DNA of 64,000 nt from Rhodoferax sp. Its GTDB lineage: Bacteria > Pseudomonadota > Gammaproteobacteria > Burkholderiales > Burkholderiaceae_C. A program made the position numbers and the translations under genes. The stretch is taken from positions 46,334 to 110,333 of the forward strand of contig JBBAPX010000009.1 in NCBI GenBank assembly GCA_040400575.1. Direction: 5' to 3'. Below the pieces are notes generated by a model. That model did no database searches. It saw only the letters and a program-made list of their open reading frames with translations, and had not been told where the DNA came from. Positions 49,617 through 59,037 of this stretch are shown here, in pieces. Each line of letters opens with the position of its first letter. The first letter of the stretch is position 1.

Positions 49617-51779
49617 ATGAGACACATTAACTCCCCCTTCGCATTTATTGTTTTGGTTGCTGCTATTGGACAAGCGTACGCTCAATCCAACACCACACCG
49701 GTCCTAAGTAAAGTTGGCGAAGAGGTCAAAGCCGATGACGCTCAACTGCCCACGGTGACAATTACCACCGGTACCCGAAGCGCCAAGTCTGTGGACAAGA
49801 TTCCAGGTGCAGTTAACGTTGTTTCTAAAGAAGAACTCGCGCATACGCTTGCGCTCACTGAGGATGCTACTGCCGTGCTGGCCCGCACGGTTCCAGGCTA
49901 TGCGGAGTCTTCGCAGGCTATGGCAAACGCCGGTGAGAATCTGCGCGGACGCGTTGCATTGCGTCTTCTCGATGGTGTGCCACAGGGTTCGCCTTTGCGA
50001 GAGGGAAGTCGCAGCGCCAGTTTCACGGATATGGGGCTTGTTGGGCGCATTGAGGTTATCAACGGGCCATCCGCTTCAGAGGGTATCGGCGCGGCTGGCG
50101 GGATCATCAATTACATCTCTAAAGTGCCAACCAAGATGGGCGATGAAATCACCCTGATTTCGCGCTACACCAGCCAGTTTCGAGATGACAGCGCAGGGTG
50201 GAAGCTGGGACTCAACTATGCGCACAAGGATGATACCTTTGACCTTTTAGCTGGCATCTCGCAGATTGATCGCGGCATGAGTTATGACGCCAACGGGCGT
50301 CGTCAAGGAATGAATGCCAGCGGTTCCGTCTTGGACTCAACTGCCAACAATTACTTTGCTAAGGGTGGTTTCAATTTTGGTGCGAACAAGGAGCAGCGCT
50401 TACAGCTCACTGCGAGTAGTTTCAAGATCCTGGGCAAAGGGAACTACATGGCGCTCGACGGCGATCGAGACACGGGCGAAACCAATAGCGCCCAGCGTGG
50501 CCAACCGCTTGGAGCTAAAACTGAATTCAATGACTTTAAGCAGGTCAACCTGTCATATAAAAATGACGAATTTCTTGGGGGCACATTAACCGCTGATGCT
50601 TATATGGCAGATCAAGCGATGCGATTTGTGGCGGAATTAGATAGTGGCAAGCAGGACCCGCTTTTTGCACCCGTAGGTACTCTTATTGAGCAGTCAGAAA
50701 TTGACTCCAGAAAAAAGGGGCTTCGTACTTCTTGGACACGCCAAGATATTTTGGGGCTCAATGGGATGGAACTACGCGCTGGTCTCGATTTAGTGCAAGA
50801 CACTGCGGAACAGCGACTTGCACTTACCAATCGAACCTGGGCGCCGCCGGTGAAGTACAGCAGTGTCGCGCCTTATGCGCAACTTTCTTATGACATCGGG
50901 ATGCTCACGCTGAGCGGTGGATACCGCAGGGAGGGAGGGCAGCTCTTGGTTGACACGTTTACCACGATTTATGCGAACAACCGTTCCCTAGTGGAAGGTG
51001 GAACGCGCGATTACACGGTAGATTTACCCAACATTGGCGCCATAGTGCGTCTACCGCAAGGCTGGTCGGTTTTTGCGTCCTATGGCAAGGGATTTACGCT
51101 GCCCAACGTGGGCATTGCGCTCAGGAATATCAATCGTCCCAATGTGAAAGTCGCTGATATTGATGGTCTGGAAGCAGTGGTAGTGGATAACACTGAAATT
51201 GGCTTCAATTGGCGCGGTGCCATGGGAAATCTGGGCGCTTCAAGCTACCAGTCTAAGTCCGCTCTTGGTGCCAGTGTGTCGATTAGTTCTGTGACGAATG
51301 ACTTTGTGATTAACCGGGCGCCGGTGGACATTACCGGCTTTGAATTTTCTGGTGGGCTTAACCTCAACAAGCAGTGGAAAGCAAGCGCTCTTTACTCACA
51401 GATTCGTGGAAAAACTTCCTATAGTTCTAGCGGCGGCGCACTGGACAAGGAAATGGGTGTACTCGACATCAGCCCTGATAAGTTGGGTCTCTCGGTAACA
51501 TGGAAGCCAGTGGACAAAGCGGAAGTGACGCTAGGTGCAACACGATTATTCTCGCGTGACATCAATGTTGGGCGGAACAACGAGGAACATACTACGGGAT
51601 ACACACTTTTAGACTTGGGATCGAATTATGACTTTGGCCGTTATGGTCGACTTTCACTAGGTGTAGAAAACTTGGAAAATAGGCAATACATCTTGAGCTG
51701 GTCGCAGCTGCCTGGTTTCAAGAATTTCTTTGCAGGACGTGGCCGCGTAGTTTCAATTTCGCACGAAATTAAGTTCTAA
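49617..51779 (+). CDS. TonB-dependent outer-membrane receptor
   Basis: Signal peptide, TonB-box-like TVTIT, plug motif LRG...LLDGVP..RIEVINGP...G.GAAGGIINYISK, terminal Phe. Confidence 0.93.
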   Translation: MRHINSPFAFIVLVAAIGQAYAQSNTTPVLSKVGEEVKADDAQLPTVTITTGTRSAKSVDKIPGAVNVVSKEELAHTLALTEDATAVLARTVPGYAESSQAMANAGENLRGRVALRLLDGVPQGSPLREGSRSASFTDMGLVGRIEVINGPSASEGIGAAGGIINYISKVPTKMGDEITLISRYTSQFRDDSAGWKLGLNYAHKDDTFDLLAGISQIDRGMSYDANGRRQGMNASGSVLDSTANNYFAKGGFNFGANKEQRLQLTASSFKILGKGNYMALDGDRDTGETNSAQRGQPLGAKTEFNDFKQVNLSYKNDEFLGGTLTADAYMADQAMRFVAELDSGKQDPLFAPVGTLIEQSEIDSRKKGLRTSWTRQDILGLNGMELRAGLDLVQDTAEQRLALTNRTWAPPVKYSSVAPYAQLSYDIGMLTLSGGYRREGGQLLVDTFTTIYANNRSLVEGGTRDYTVDLPNIGAIVRLPQGWSVFASYGKGFTLPNVGIALRNINRPNVKVADIDGLEAVVVDNTEIGFNWRGAMGNLGASSYQSKSALGASVSISSVTNDFVINRAPVDITGFEFSGGLNLNKQWKASALYSQIRGKTSYSSSGGALDKEMGVLDISPDKLGLSVTWKPVDKAEVTLGATRLFSRDINVGRNNEEHTTGYTLLDLGSNYDFGRYGRLSLGVENLENRQYILSWSQLPGFKNFFAGRGRVVSISHEIKF

Positions 51780-51792
51780 GCGAATTAACTAC

Positions 51793-53100
51793 ATGCGCCT
51801 GTTTTCCAGGCTGATCATCGGCAGCGCCATCATATTCACGGCCTCTTGGGGTGTACCTACCCTGAATGCGCAAGACATGCAGGCGGGCGCGCTGTACAAG
51901 GAAAGTGGTGTGCGAGCCCGCCCCGCTAAAGACGCTTATCAGTCACTTTTGGCAGGAGCCACGCAAGACAAGGGCTATCTTGGTGGCGTGACCTTGGTAG
52001 CCCAAAAAGGGCAGGTGCTGCATTTGCAAAGTTTTGGTTACCGGGACTTGATGCGGCAGGACCCCATGTCGAGTGACGCGATCTTTCGCATTTACTCGAT
52101 GACCAAAAGTGTTGCCGCCGTAGCAGCCTTGGTTTTGGTTGACGATGGGAAACTCAATCTTGACGCGCCGGTGTCAGGGTATCTCCCAGAGTTTTTGTCG
52201 ATGCAGGTCATGGTAGGCGGGTCTGCTGATAGGCCGCAATTGAGACCAGCCCAGCGTCCGATTACCGCCCGGCAACTGCTAACGCATACCGCTGGCTTCG
52301 CCACGGGTGGCATCGGCATGGAAGAGGCATCCAAGTTGCTGGGACGTCAGGAGCTTCACAGGTCAACGGATCTGCGTGACTTTGCCGGACGGGCCGCACG
52401 CTCCCCGCTGCAAGCTGAGCCCGGCACGCGTTTTCTTTACGACGGTGTCAATTACCAGGTGCTGGGGCGACTGATTGAAGTGGTCAGTGGTTTGCCGCTG
52501 GATGTGTTTATGCAGGAGAGAATTTTCACACCACTGAAGATGTCAGACACTGGTTTTTCGGTATCGGCCGCCAAGCGCGCAAGGATTGTTGACATTACAA
52601 CCATGGGACCTGCCGGCCATTTGGTGCTAGCGGCAGGTCCTTCTGCGGCTAATCCCGGTGCCATGCTCAACCCCTATGTCAGTGCCGCAGGGGGCATGTA
52701 CTCCACGGCAAGCGATTTTTTGCGGTTTTGCCAGATGCTGCTTCAAGGGGGGCAACTGGACGGCGTTGTGGTTCTAAGTGCCAAATCGGTGCAAACAATG
52801 CTTTCCAATCAGCTGGTGCAATCAAATCCGGATCGCGGCCTACAGCCTACAGAATCGGGGCAGGGCGAAGGTCACGGTCTAGGTGGATGGGTGTTGCTTG
52901 AGGGGCATCCTCAGCGGCGCTCCGGATCCGTCGGATCTTTCGGCTGGTCAGGAGCCGCGTCAACCTACTTCATGATCGACCCCAAACAGCAGTTGGTGGC
53001 GATATTGTTGCTCCAACATTTGCCGGGGGATGCGAGTAATGAACTGCCCAAATTGCAGTTTCCGTTTTATCAGCGGGTCTACCAGACCCTCAGTCCATAA
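51793..53100 (+). CDS. Exported serine hydrolase, beta-lactamase fold (family VIII esterase-like)
   Basis: Signal peptide; FRIYSMTK (SxxK), LLTHTAG, F.Y, FGWSGAAST. Confidence 0.9.
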   Translation: MRLFSRLIIGSAIIFTASWGVPTLNAQDMQAGALYKESGVRARPAKDAYQSLLAGATQDKGYLGGVTLVAQKGQVLHLQSFGYRDLMRQDPMSSDAIFRIYSMTKSVAAVAALVLVDDGKLNLDAPVSGYLPEFLSMQVMVGGSADRPQLRPAQRPITARQLLTHTAGFATGGIGMEEASKLLGRQELHRSTDLRDFAGRAARSPLQAEPGTRFLYDGVNYQVLGRLIEVVSGLPLDVFMQERIFTPLKMSDTGFSVSAAKRARIVDITTMGPAGHLVLAAGPSAANPGAMLNPYVSAAGGMYSTASDFLRFCQMLLQGGQLDGVVVLSAKSVQTMLSNQLVQSNPDRGLQPTESGQGEGHGLGGWVLLEGHPQRRSGSVGSFGWSGAASTYFMIDPKQQLVAILLLQHLPGDASNELPKLQFPFYQRVYQTLSP

Positions 53101-53103
53101 TTC

Positions 53104-55323
53104 ATGGCACTCTCTCCCCGCAAACACGCGCATGCGTCAGCTCAACCCAATCTCCCAAAAATGAACCCAGACGATGATTTAGATCGCCCTCCAATGACCA
53201 AGACGGAATATAAATTTTCCCATGTCACCACAGGACGCTATTTGCCAACGCCCGGTAAGGCGCCGGGATGGCCATTCGCGGAGATCGGTCACTGGAAAAT
53301 GGATGTGCTTGGGACCGCCGATGACTGGATTCGGGAACTGCGCGACTGGCGCTCTGAACACTTAACGCGTATTGGCTACGACGACAGTAACTACCGTCGA
53401 CCCGCTCTACAGTGGGCGCAATCAAATTTTGTGCATGCACAAATGATGGTGGAAGATCGTTATTTCTTTGATTCCGCATCTGGAAAATACACCGTCGACC
53501 GCTATTTGGATGACCTTGAGTTGCGGTTTGGTGGTATCGACAGTGTGCTGATTTGGTACGTTTATCCCAATATCGGCATAGATGACCGCAACCAAACTGA
53601 CCTTGCCCATGACATGCCCGGTGGCCTAGCAGGCCTGCGCGAGGCGGTTCATGCCTTTCATCAACGTGGCGTGCGTGTTTTCTTACCCACTAAACCGTGG
53701 GACAAGGGGACTCGTGATCTGGGGCAACAAGACTGGCACGCTATCGCCAAAATCCTGAAGGCCGTAGGCGCAGATGGTATCAACGGTGACACCTACAACG
53801 GTGTGCCACGTGCCTTCTTCGATGCCTGTGAAGCAATTGGTTGCCCGGTGGTGTTACAGCCAGAGTCAACAATTTCGGCAGAGGAGGCGTTGATTTGGAA
53901 TGTGCAAAGCTGGGGCAAAAAAGTGCCAGCCGACGTGATCCCTAGCGTCGCCAAATTCAAATGGTTGGAGCCGCGCCACATGATCAATGTTGAAAATCGC
54001 TGGAGCCGCGACCGCACCAATGACTTTCAATTCATGTTTTTTAATGGCATCGGCTACAACGCTTGGGAAAACGTTTGGGGGATTTGGAATCAGCTGACCC
54101 CACGGGATGCGCAGAGCCTAAAACGCATCGCCGCATTGCAGCGGCAATTTGCCCCTTTGTTGGTGAGTCAGGAATGGCGGCCTTATTTTGCATGCTTGCA
54201 AACTGGCGTTTTTGCAAGTTTATTTCCCTCTGACAAGTGCCAATTGTGGACTATTGTCAATCGCAACGAATATGAAATTGAAGGCGAACAGTTGGTACTA
54301 CCGCACGAAGTCGGAGCGGAGTATTTTGACGTTTGGAGTGGGGTTAAGTTGCAAGCCCGAATGGATGCTGCAGGCAATGCGGTAATTAGTCTGAAGCTGG
54401 AGTCGCTGGGCTACGGCGCAGTTTTGCGTGTAGCGGCTGGTGCCGAGGTTCCCGGCTTAGTGGCTTATCAGGAGCGTGCTGCCCAATTCGCGATAACTCC
54501 GCTTCGTAGCCTGTCTTCTGCCTGGCACTCCCTGGCGCAGCACCTGGTACCTATCGAACGTACAACCGTCGCGGATGTACCACCCACAGGAATGCTTCTG
54601 ATTCCAGCCGCCGACTTTGATTTCGTGGTCAACGGGATTGAAGTCGAGGGACAAACTTGGGAAGGCTTGGACTTCCAATACCCATGGGAGAGTTGCGCGC
54701 GGCGCAGTCACCGCAAACGGATGCAATTGAGTGCGTTTTTCATTGACCAGACTCCGGTAACTAATGCGCAGTACAAAGCCTTTATGGTCGCTTCACGTTA
54801 TCAGCCGACTGATGGGCATAATTTTTTGCGAGACTGGATCAATGGTGCGCCGCTGAAGGGGTGGGACAACAAACCAGTGACTTGGGTTGGCATTGAGGAC
54901 GCTCGTGCCTATGCGACTTGGGCGGGTAAACGGTTACCGCACGAGTGGGAATGGCAATATGCCGCGCAAGGAGTGGACGGTCGGAACTATCCGTGGGGTA
55001 ATGCGTGGAGGGAGGATGCCGTTCCCAAAGTGAACCGTAGCCGAACCTTGCGGCCACCTGATGACGTACAAGCGCACCCACTAGGTGCCAGCCACTTTGG
55101 CGTTCTGGACCTGATCGGAAACGTCTGGCAGTGGACTGACGAATACCGCGATGACCATACCCGCGCGGCGGTCCTTCGTGGCGGAAGCAGTTTCCAGGCG
55201 CAAACCTCACACTGGTATTTCCCACAAGCGTATCGCCTAGACCAGCATGGGAAGTACCTACTGATGGCTCCCTGTAAAGACCGCTCGGGCACCATTGGTT
55301 TTAGGTGTGTCGTCGATGCGTGA
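53104..55323 (+). CDS. Multidomain protein: N-terminal putative glycoside-hydrolase-like barrel plus C-terminal FGE/SUMF1-fold domain (start may be 53161 or 53194)
   Basis: C-terminus VTNAQY, PVTWV...DA.AYA.WAGKRLP.E.EW, YPWG, DL.GNVWQWT, RGGS, IGFRC; N-terminus GADGINGDT. Confidence 0.75.
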   Translation: MALSPRKHAHASAQPNLPKMNPDDDLDRPPMTKTEYKFSHVTTGRYLPTPGKAPGWPFAEIGHWKMDVLGTADDWIRELRDWRSEHLTRIGYDDSNYRRPALQWAQSNFVHAQMMVEDRYFFDSASGKYTVDRYLDDLELRFGGIDSVLIWYVYPNIGIDDRNQTDLAHDMPGGLAGLREAVHAFHQRGVRVFLPTKPWDKGTRDLGQQDWHAIAKILKAVGADGINGDTYNGVPRAFFDACEAIGCPVVLQPESTISAEEALIWNVQSWGKKVPADVIPSVAKFKWLEPRHMINVENRWSRDRTNDFQFMFFNGIGYNAWENVWGIWNQLTPRDAQSLKRIAALQRQFAPLLVSQEWRPYFACLQTGVFASLFPSDKCQLWTIVNRNEYEIEGEQLVLPHEVGAEYFDVWSGVKLQARMDAAGNAVISLKLESLGYGAVLRVAAGAEVPGLVAYQERAAQFAITPLRSLSSAWHSLAQHLVPIERTTVADVPPTGMLLIPAADFDFVVNGIEVEGQTWEGLDFQYPWESCARRSHRKRMQLSAFFIDQTPVTNAQYKAFMVASRYQPTDGHNFLRDWINGAPLKGWDNKPVTWVGIEDARAYATWAGKRLPHEWEWQYAAQGVDGRNYPWGNAWREDAVPKVNRSRTLRPPDDVQAHPLGASHFGVLDLIGNVWQWTDEYRDDHTRAAVLRGGSSFQAQTSHWYFPQAYRLDQHGKYLLMAPCKDRSGTIGFRCVVDA

Positions 55324-57154
55324 AGTTCCCCATATTGAGTTGCATGGCTTACTTGGACAGGCGCTCATTGCAAGTAAAAGCGGGAGGTTGTCTCGTTTCA
55401 TCGTTGGTGCGCAAAGCCCAGCGATCGCAATGTTCGCGCCGGAGCCGGTTAGCCGCAATTTGGAAGGTGATTGGTATGGCGAGCACGCAGGTAAATGGCT
55501 TTATGCGGCGGCCCGTGCAGCCAAGAGAAGCGGCGACCGAGGTCTGTCGGACAATGTGCAGGCGGTAGCCGACTACTTGGTCCGCATGCAAAGCAGTGAC
55601 GGCTACTTGGGAACCTATGCGCCTGTACGCCGGTTTACCCGTAAATCTTCGCCTGGGCCCGTGACATGGGATGGTGCGCCAGAAAAGCGAACCTGGGATA
55701 TCTGGGTCCACAGCTACATGCTTTTAGGCTTGCTGGAAGTCCATAAGAATTTTGCCCGACCCAGCTACCTATTGGCAGCCTGCAAGATAGCCGACTTGTG
55801 TTGGAATATCCTGCATGAGGGGGATATCAACATCACCGAACTTGGGAATCACCACGGGCTTTCGGCCACCGTATTGTTAGACGCTGCAGTGGAATTGTTC
55901 ATGGCGACAAGTGAACCCAGGCATCTGGCACTGGCTGAACTCATTTTGCAGCAAGCCGATCAGCGGCCAGAGTTGGCATTGTTGCGCAAGTCGCTGGGCG
56001 GGGCGGACGCCTCTGAAATCTCAGCGGGTAAAGCCTACCAACTCTGCTGGAATCTAGTGGGTTTGGCCAAACTCTACAAAGTAACTGGCGATCCTCGCTA
56101 TTTGCAGGCCGTGCTGAATATATGGACAAGTATTCGCCTGCATCACCTGACGCTTGGCGGAGGCCCTTGGGGCGGGGTGGGACTGCGTTCGCGCGAGGTA
56201 TTTAACCATCACAGTGTTTTCAGTCCCACGGGCTACGTGGAAACCTGCTCTATCCTCGCCTGGATCCAGCTAAATCGGGAGTTGCACTTAATCACTGGCG
56301 AGGCGAAGTACGCAGAAGAAATCGAGTGTTCTGCTTACAACGACTTGCTCGGTGCCATGGACCCGAATGGTGAGGACTGGTGTTATTACTCTTTCCCCAA
56401 TGGTCGCCGTGTTTACACCACCTATTGGCGTTGCTGCAAGTCAAGTGGCGCTATGGCACTAGAGGAGTTACCTGGCGCTGCCTATGTGCAGACCGATGAA
56501 CGGACGCTGACGCTTAACTTATATGGGCCTAGTACGGCTTCATTTTGGTTTGAAGACGCTGGCAAGGTGAACTTTCAGCAGCACACCGCCTATCCCTATG
56601 ACGGATACGTTCAAATTACGGTAGATCCGGCCCGAGCGGCTAGATTCCTGATTTGTGTCCGCATTCCGTCATGGGCGCACGGCGCAAGTGTCCAAGTCAA
56701 TTCAATCAGTTGCCCAGGCAATGTCACTGCGGACGCGTACTTCGCGATAGACCGACTTTGGCGGTCTGGTGACATCTTGGCCTTAAATTTTCCAATGGAG
56801 CCAGTATTACATCGGCGTTCGAGCTTCAGCTTACAAGAATCTAAGGCGCCGGATGGCGCTGCTGTCATACAAGAGGTGATGCACCTAGATTACTGTGCGA
56901 TAACCCGAGGACCCTTGGTGTTTTCGACGGGTCTTATTGATGGATATAAAAGCGCAGAGACGGTGCGACTCGCGGCAGAGTCGGCAAGTGAGGTCCTGGA
57001 GTTGTTGGCAAGTGCCGGTGCCGATGACCCGCCGGCAATTCGTCTGCATTTGGCAGAACGATCGGCGCTGACCTTTGAGCCTTATTTTTCTGCTGGTGGA
57101 CGCGCAGACGGTACTTGGCGGCTGACTTGGATGCAATTGGCACCCAGTATTTAG
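55316..57154 (+). CDS. GH127-family (beta-L-arabinofuranosidase/aceric acid hydrolase-like) cysteine glycosidase
   Basis: GKWLYAA, DGYLG, GKAY, ETC and CC metal/nucleophile motifs, YPYDG, RIPSWA, RGPLV; start re-called to 55316. Confidence 0.85.
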   Translation: MREVPHIELHGLLGQALIASKSGRLSRFIVGAQSPAIAMFAPEPVSRNLEGDWYGEHAGKWLYAAARAAKRSGDRGLSDNVQAVADYLVRMQSSDGYLGTYAPVRRFTRKSSPGPVTWDGAPEKRTWDIWVHSYMLLGLLEVHKNFARPSYLLAACKIADLCWNILHEGDINITELGNHHGLSATVLLDAAVELFMATSEPRHLALAELILQQADQRPELALLRKSLGGADASEISAGKAYQLCWNLVGLAKLYKVTGDPRYLQAVLNIWTSIRLHHLTLGGGPWGGVGLRSREVFNHHSVFSPTGYVETCSILAWIQLNRELHLITGEAKYAEEIECSAYNDLLGAMDPNGEDWCYYSFPNGRRVYTTYWRCCKSSGAMALEELPGAAYVQTDERTLTLNLYGPSTASFWFEDAGKVNFQQHTAYPYDGYVQITVDPARAARFLICVRIPSWAHGASVQVNSISCPGNVTADAYFAIDRLWRSGDILALNFPMEPVLHRRSSFSLQESKAPDGAAVIQEVMHLDYCAITRGPLVFSTGLIDGYKSAETVRLAAESASEVLELLASAGADDPPAIRLHLAERSALTFEPYFSAGGRADGTWRLTWMQLAPSI

Positions 57155-57155
57155 A

Positions 57156-58058
57156 TCAGGGGAGTGGTCGTCCGGTCACTTCAGCCTGGCGTAATGCGAC
57201 ATTTTGGGCTTCGCGCAGGAATGCCTTAACAAGCCTGATTCGGATGGTGGAGCGCGACCAAAGAACCCCGATGCGCCTTGGATCGAAGGGCTCCGGCAGC
57301 AGTAATTTGATGAGGTTCAGACCTTCCGGCCAAGGCCGTGCCCAATCAGGTACCAGAGAAACGCCCAAGCCACGGTCTACCATGACCGCGATGGCGTTGA
57401 GCGCGTTCATCTCAAAGCGCTCTTGGGGGACGATCCCAACCATCCGCAGGTATCGATCCGCTTGATGCCCACCCCACTGGTTGCGGTCATACCGGATGAA
57501 GGGTTCGGTGGCCAAGAGATCGTGTGGATCGCGACCTTTCATGCTCTTGGGTGCCAATACGACCAACGGTTCCTCGCGAAGTACCAACCATTCAACTCTT
57601 TTGGAAAGCGTAAAAGGGGCCTCCAAAACAATGGCTGCATCTAGTTCGCCGCTCTCTACCGAGGGGTACAAATCTGCGGAATATCCGGGCTTGATATAGA
57701 CCTTGATACGGGGGTGTCGACGTACCATGCCAGCCAAAATATCCGGCAAAATTCCAGTTAATGCATTCGTTCCAGCGCCAATTCTGAGTTCGCCAAAGGT
57801 GTCATTGTCATTGGCAGCTGAATGCAGATCGGTGACATCTCTGAGCAGATTTCGCGCACGCTCCAAGATCCGAGTGCCTGCCTCGGTAATGGACACTGTC
57901 CGCCCTGCTCTAGTGAGTAAGGGAGCGCCAATTTCCCTCTCTAAGGTACGTATTTGTTGAGCCACCGTGGCCGGCGTAATGTTGAGAAGGCGTGCCGCTG
58001 ATGCCATAGATCCATGGTCAACCACCGCCACAAAGGTATACAAAAATTGGGTATCCAT
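57156..58058 (-). CDS. LysR-family transcriptional regulator
   Basis: HGSMASAARLLNITPATVAQQIRTLEREIG HTH; G.GVSLVP. Confidence 0.95.
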   Translation of the reverse strand: MDTQFLYTFVAVVDHGSMASAARLLNITPATVAQQIRTLEREIGAPLLTRAGRTVSITEAGTRILERARNLLRDVTDLHSAANDNDTFGELRIGAGTNALTGILPDILAGMVRRHPRIKVYIKPGYSADLYPSVESGELDAAIVLEAPFTLSKRVEWLVLREEPLVVLAPKSMKGRDPHDLLATEPFIRYDRNQWGGHQADRYLRMVGIVPQERFEMNALNAIAVMVDRGLGVSLVPDWARPWPEGLNLIKLLLPEPFDPRRIGVLWSRSTIRIRLVKAFLREAQNVALRQAEVTGRPLP

Positions 58059-58094
58059 CGTTCATCAGAGCCTCGGGGTAAACAAAAAGTATTG

Positions 58095-58112
58095 TCTAAA
58101 ACTACTATTAGA
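58095..58112. promoter_or_regulatory. Dyad in divergent LysR/citE-like promoter
   Basis: TCTAA-N8-TTAGA in the 109-bp AT-rich intergenic region. Confidence 0.4.
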
Positions 58113-58167
58113 TGGTTTTTATTTTTAATCAATTTCACCATACTGTGGGCCACACTGCAACTTCTTT

Positions 58168-59037
58168 ATGCGAAGCAAACTATTCGTTCCTGCCACGCGC
58201 GCTGATCTGTATTCCAAAGCGTTGGCCAGCCAGGCGGATGCCATTTCATTCGATCTGGAGGACTCAGTAGCCGAAGTTAGCAAGCAAACTGCACGGGAGC
58301 GCGTGCGCGAATTCTTGATGTCTGAATCGGCACGCTCGAGTTCTAAAACGCTCATCGTGCGCGTTAACGCAATGCGTACGCCGCATTTTGAGGCGGATGT
58401 CTTTGCCGTGGTCCAGACCGGGCTTGCGATCTTGAACATTCCAAAGTGTGAGTCAGGGCAACAAGTTCAAGATGGCCTGCAGGTCATCGCTTGCGCGGAA
58501 GCCTTGAACCGTAATTCCAGCCCGGTGTCCATTCTGGCTAACGTTGAAACGCCAAAGGCTTTGCGCTGTGCCTTCGATATTGCCAGTGCGGACGCCCGAA
58601 TCGTCGGGCTTCAGATAGGTTATGCCGACTTGTTTGAACCGCAAGGAATCAGGAGAGACGATGCGCTGAATGTTCATGCTGCGTTATTTGCGCTTCGAAT
58701 GGCTGCGGCTGAAGCCGGCGTCTTCGCATATGACGGTGCATTTCCCGATTTGCAGGACGCTAGCGGATTTCGTGCGGAGTGTGAGATGGCTAGAAAAATG
58801 GGTTTTATAGGAAAAACTTGTATTCATCCAGGTCAGATTGAGACGGTAAACCAAATCTTCGGCCCAGCCCAACACGAGATTGATTTTGCATTGCGGGTAC
58901 TGGCCGCCGTAGGAGATACGAAAAATATGAACCTTGGCGCGTTCCAATTGGAGGGAAGAATGATTGATAGGCCGTTTATCCAAAGGTCCAGAAGAATTGC
59001 CGATTTAGCGCAAAAGATGGGGATATTGTCCCTATGA
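58168..59037 (+). CDS. CitE-like CoA-ester lyase (HpcH/HpaI aldolase/citrate lyase family)
   Basis: RSKLFVPA, FDLEDS, VRVN, PK.ES, VET, GYADL, GKTCIHPGQI, GRMID.P. Confidence 0.92.
   Translation: MRSKLFVPATRADLYSKALASQADAISFDLEDSVAEVSKQTARERVREFLMSESARSSSKTLIVRVNAMRTPHFEADVFAVVQTGLAILNIPKCESGQQVQDGLQVIACAEALNRNSSPVSILANVETPKALRCAFDIASADARIVGLQIGYADLFEPQGIRRDDALNVHAALFALRMAAAEAGVFAYDGAFPDLQDASGFRAECEMARKMGFIGKTCIHPGQIETVNQIFGPAQHEIDFALRVLAAVGDTKNMNLGAFQLEGRMIDRPFIQRSRRIADLAQKMGILSL

Noticed and set aside
53104-55323. FGE-domain protein as activator of the sulfatase at 4790-6454
   Set aside because: It lacks the catalytic Cys pair after RGGS, lies 47 kb away and is coupled to GH127 instead.
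54700-55323. FGE/C-lectin fold as a diversity-generating retroelement target
   Set aside because: No reverse transcriptase and no template/variable repeat pair seen in the window.
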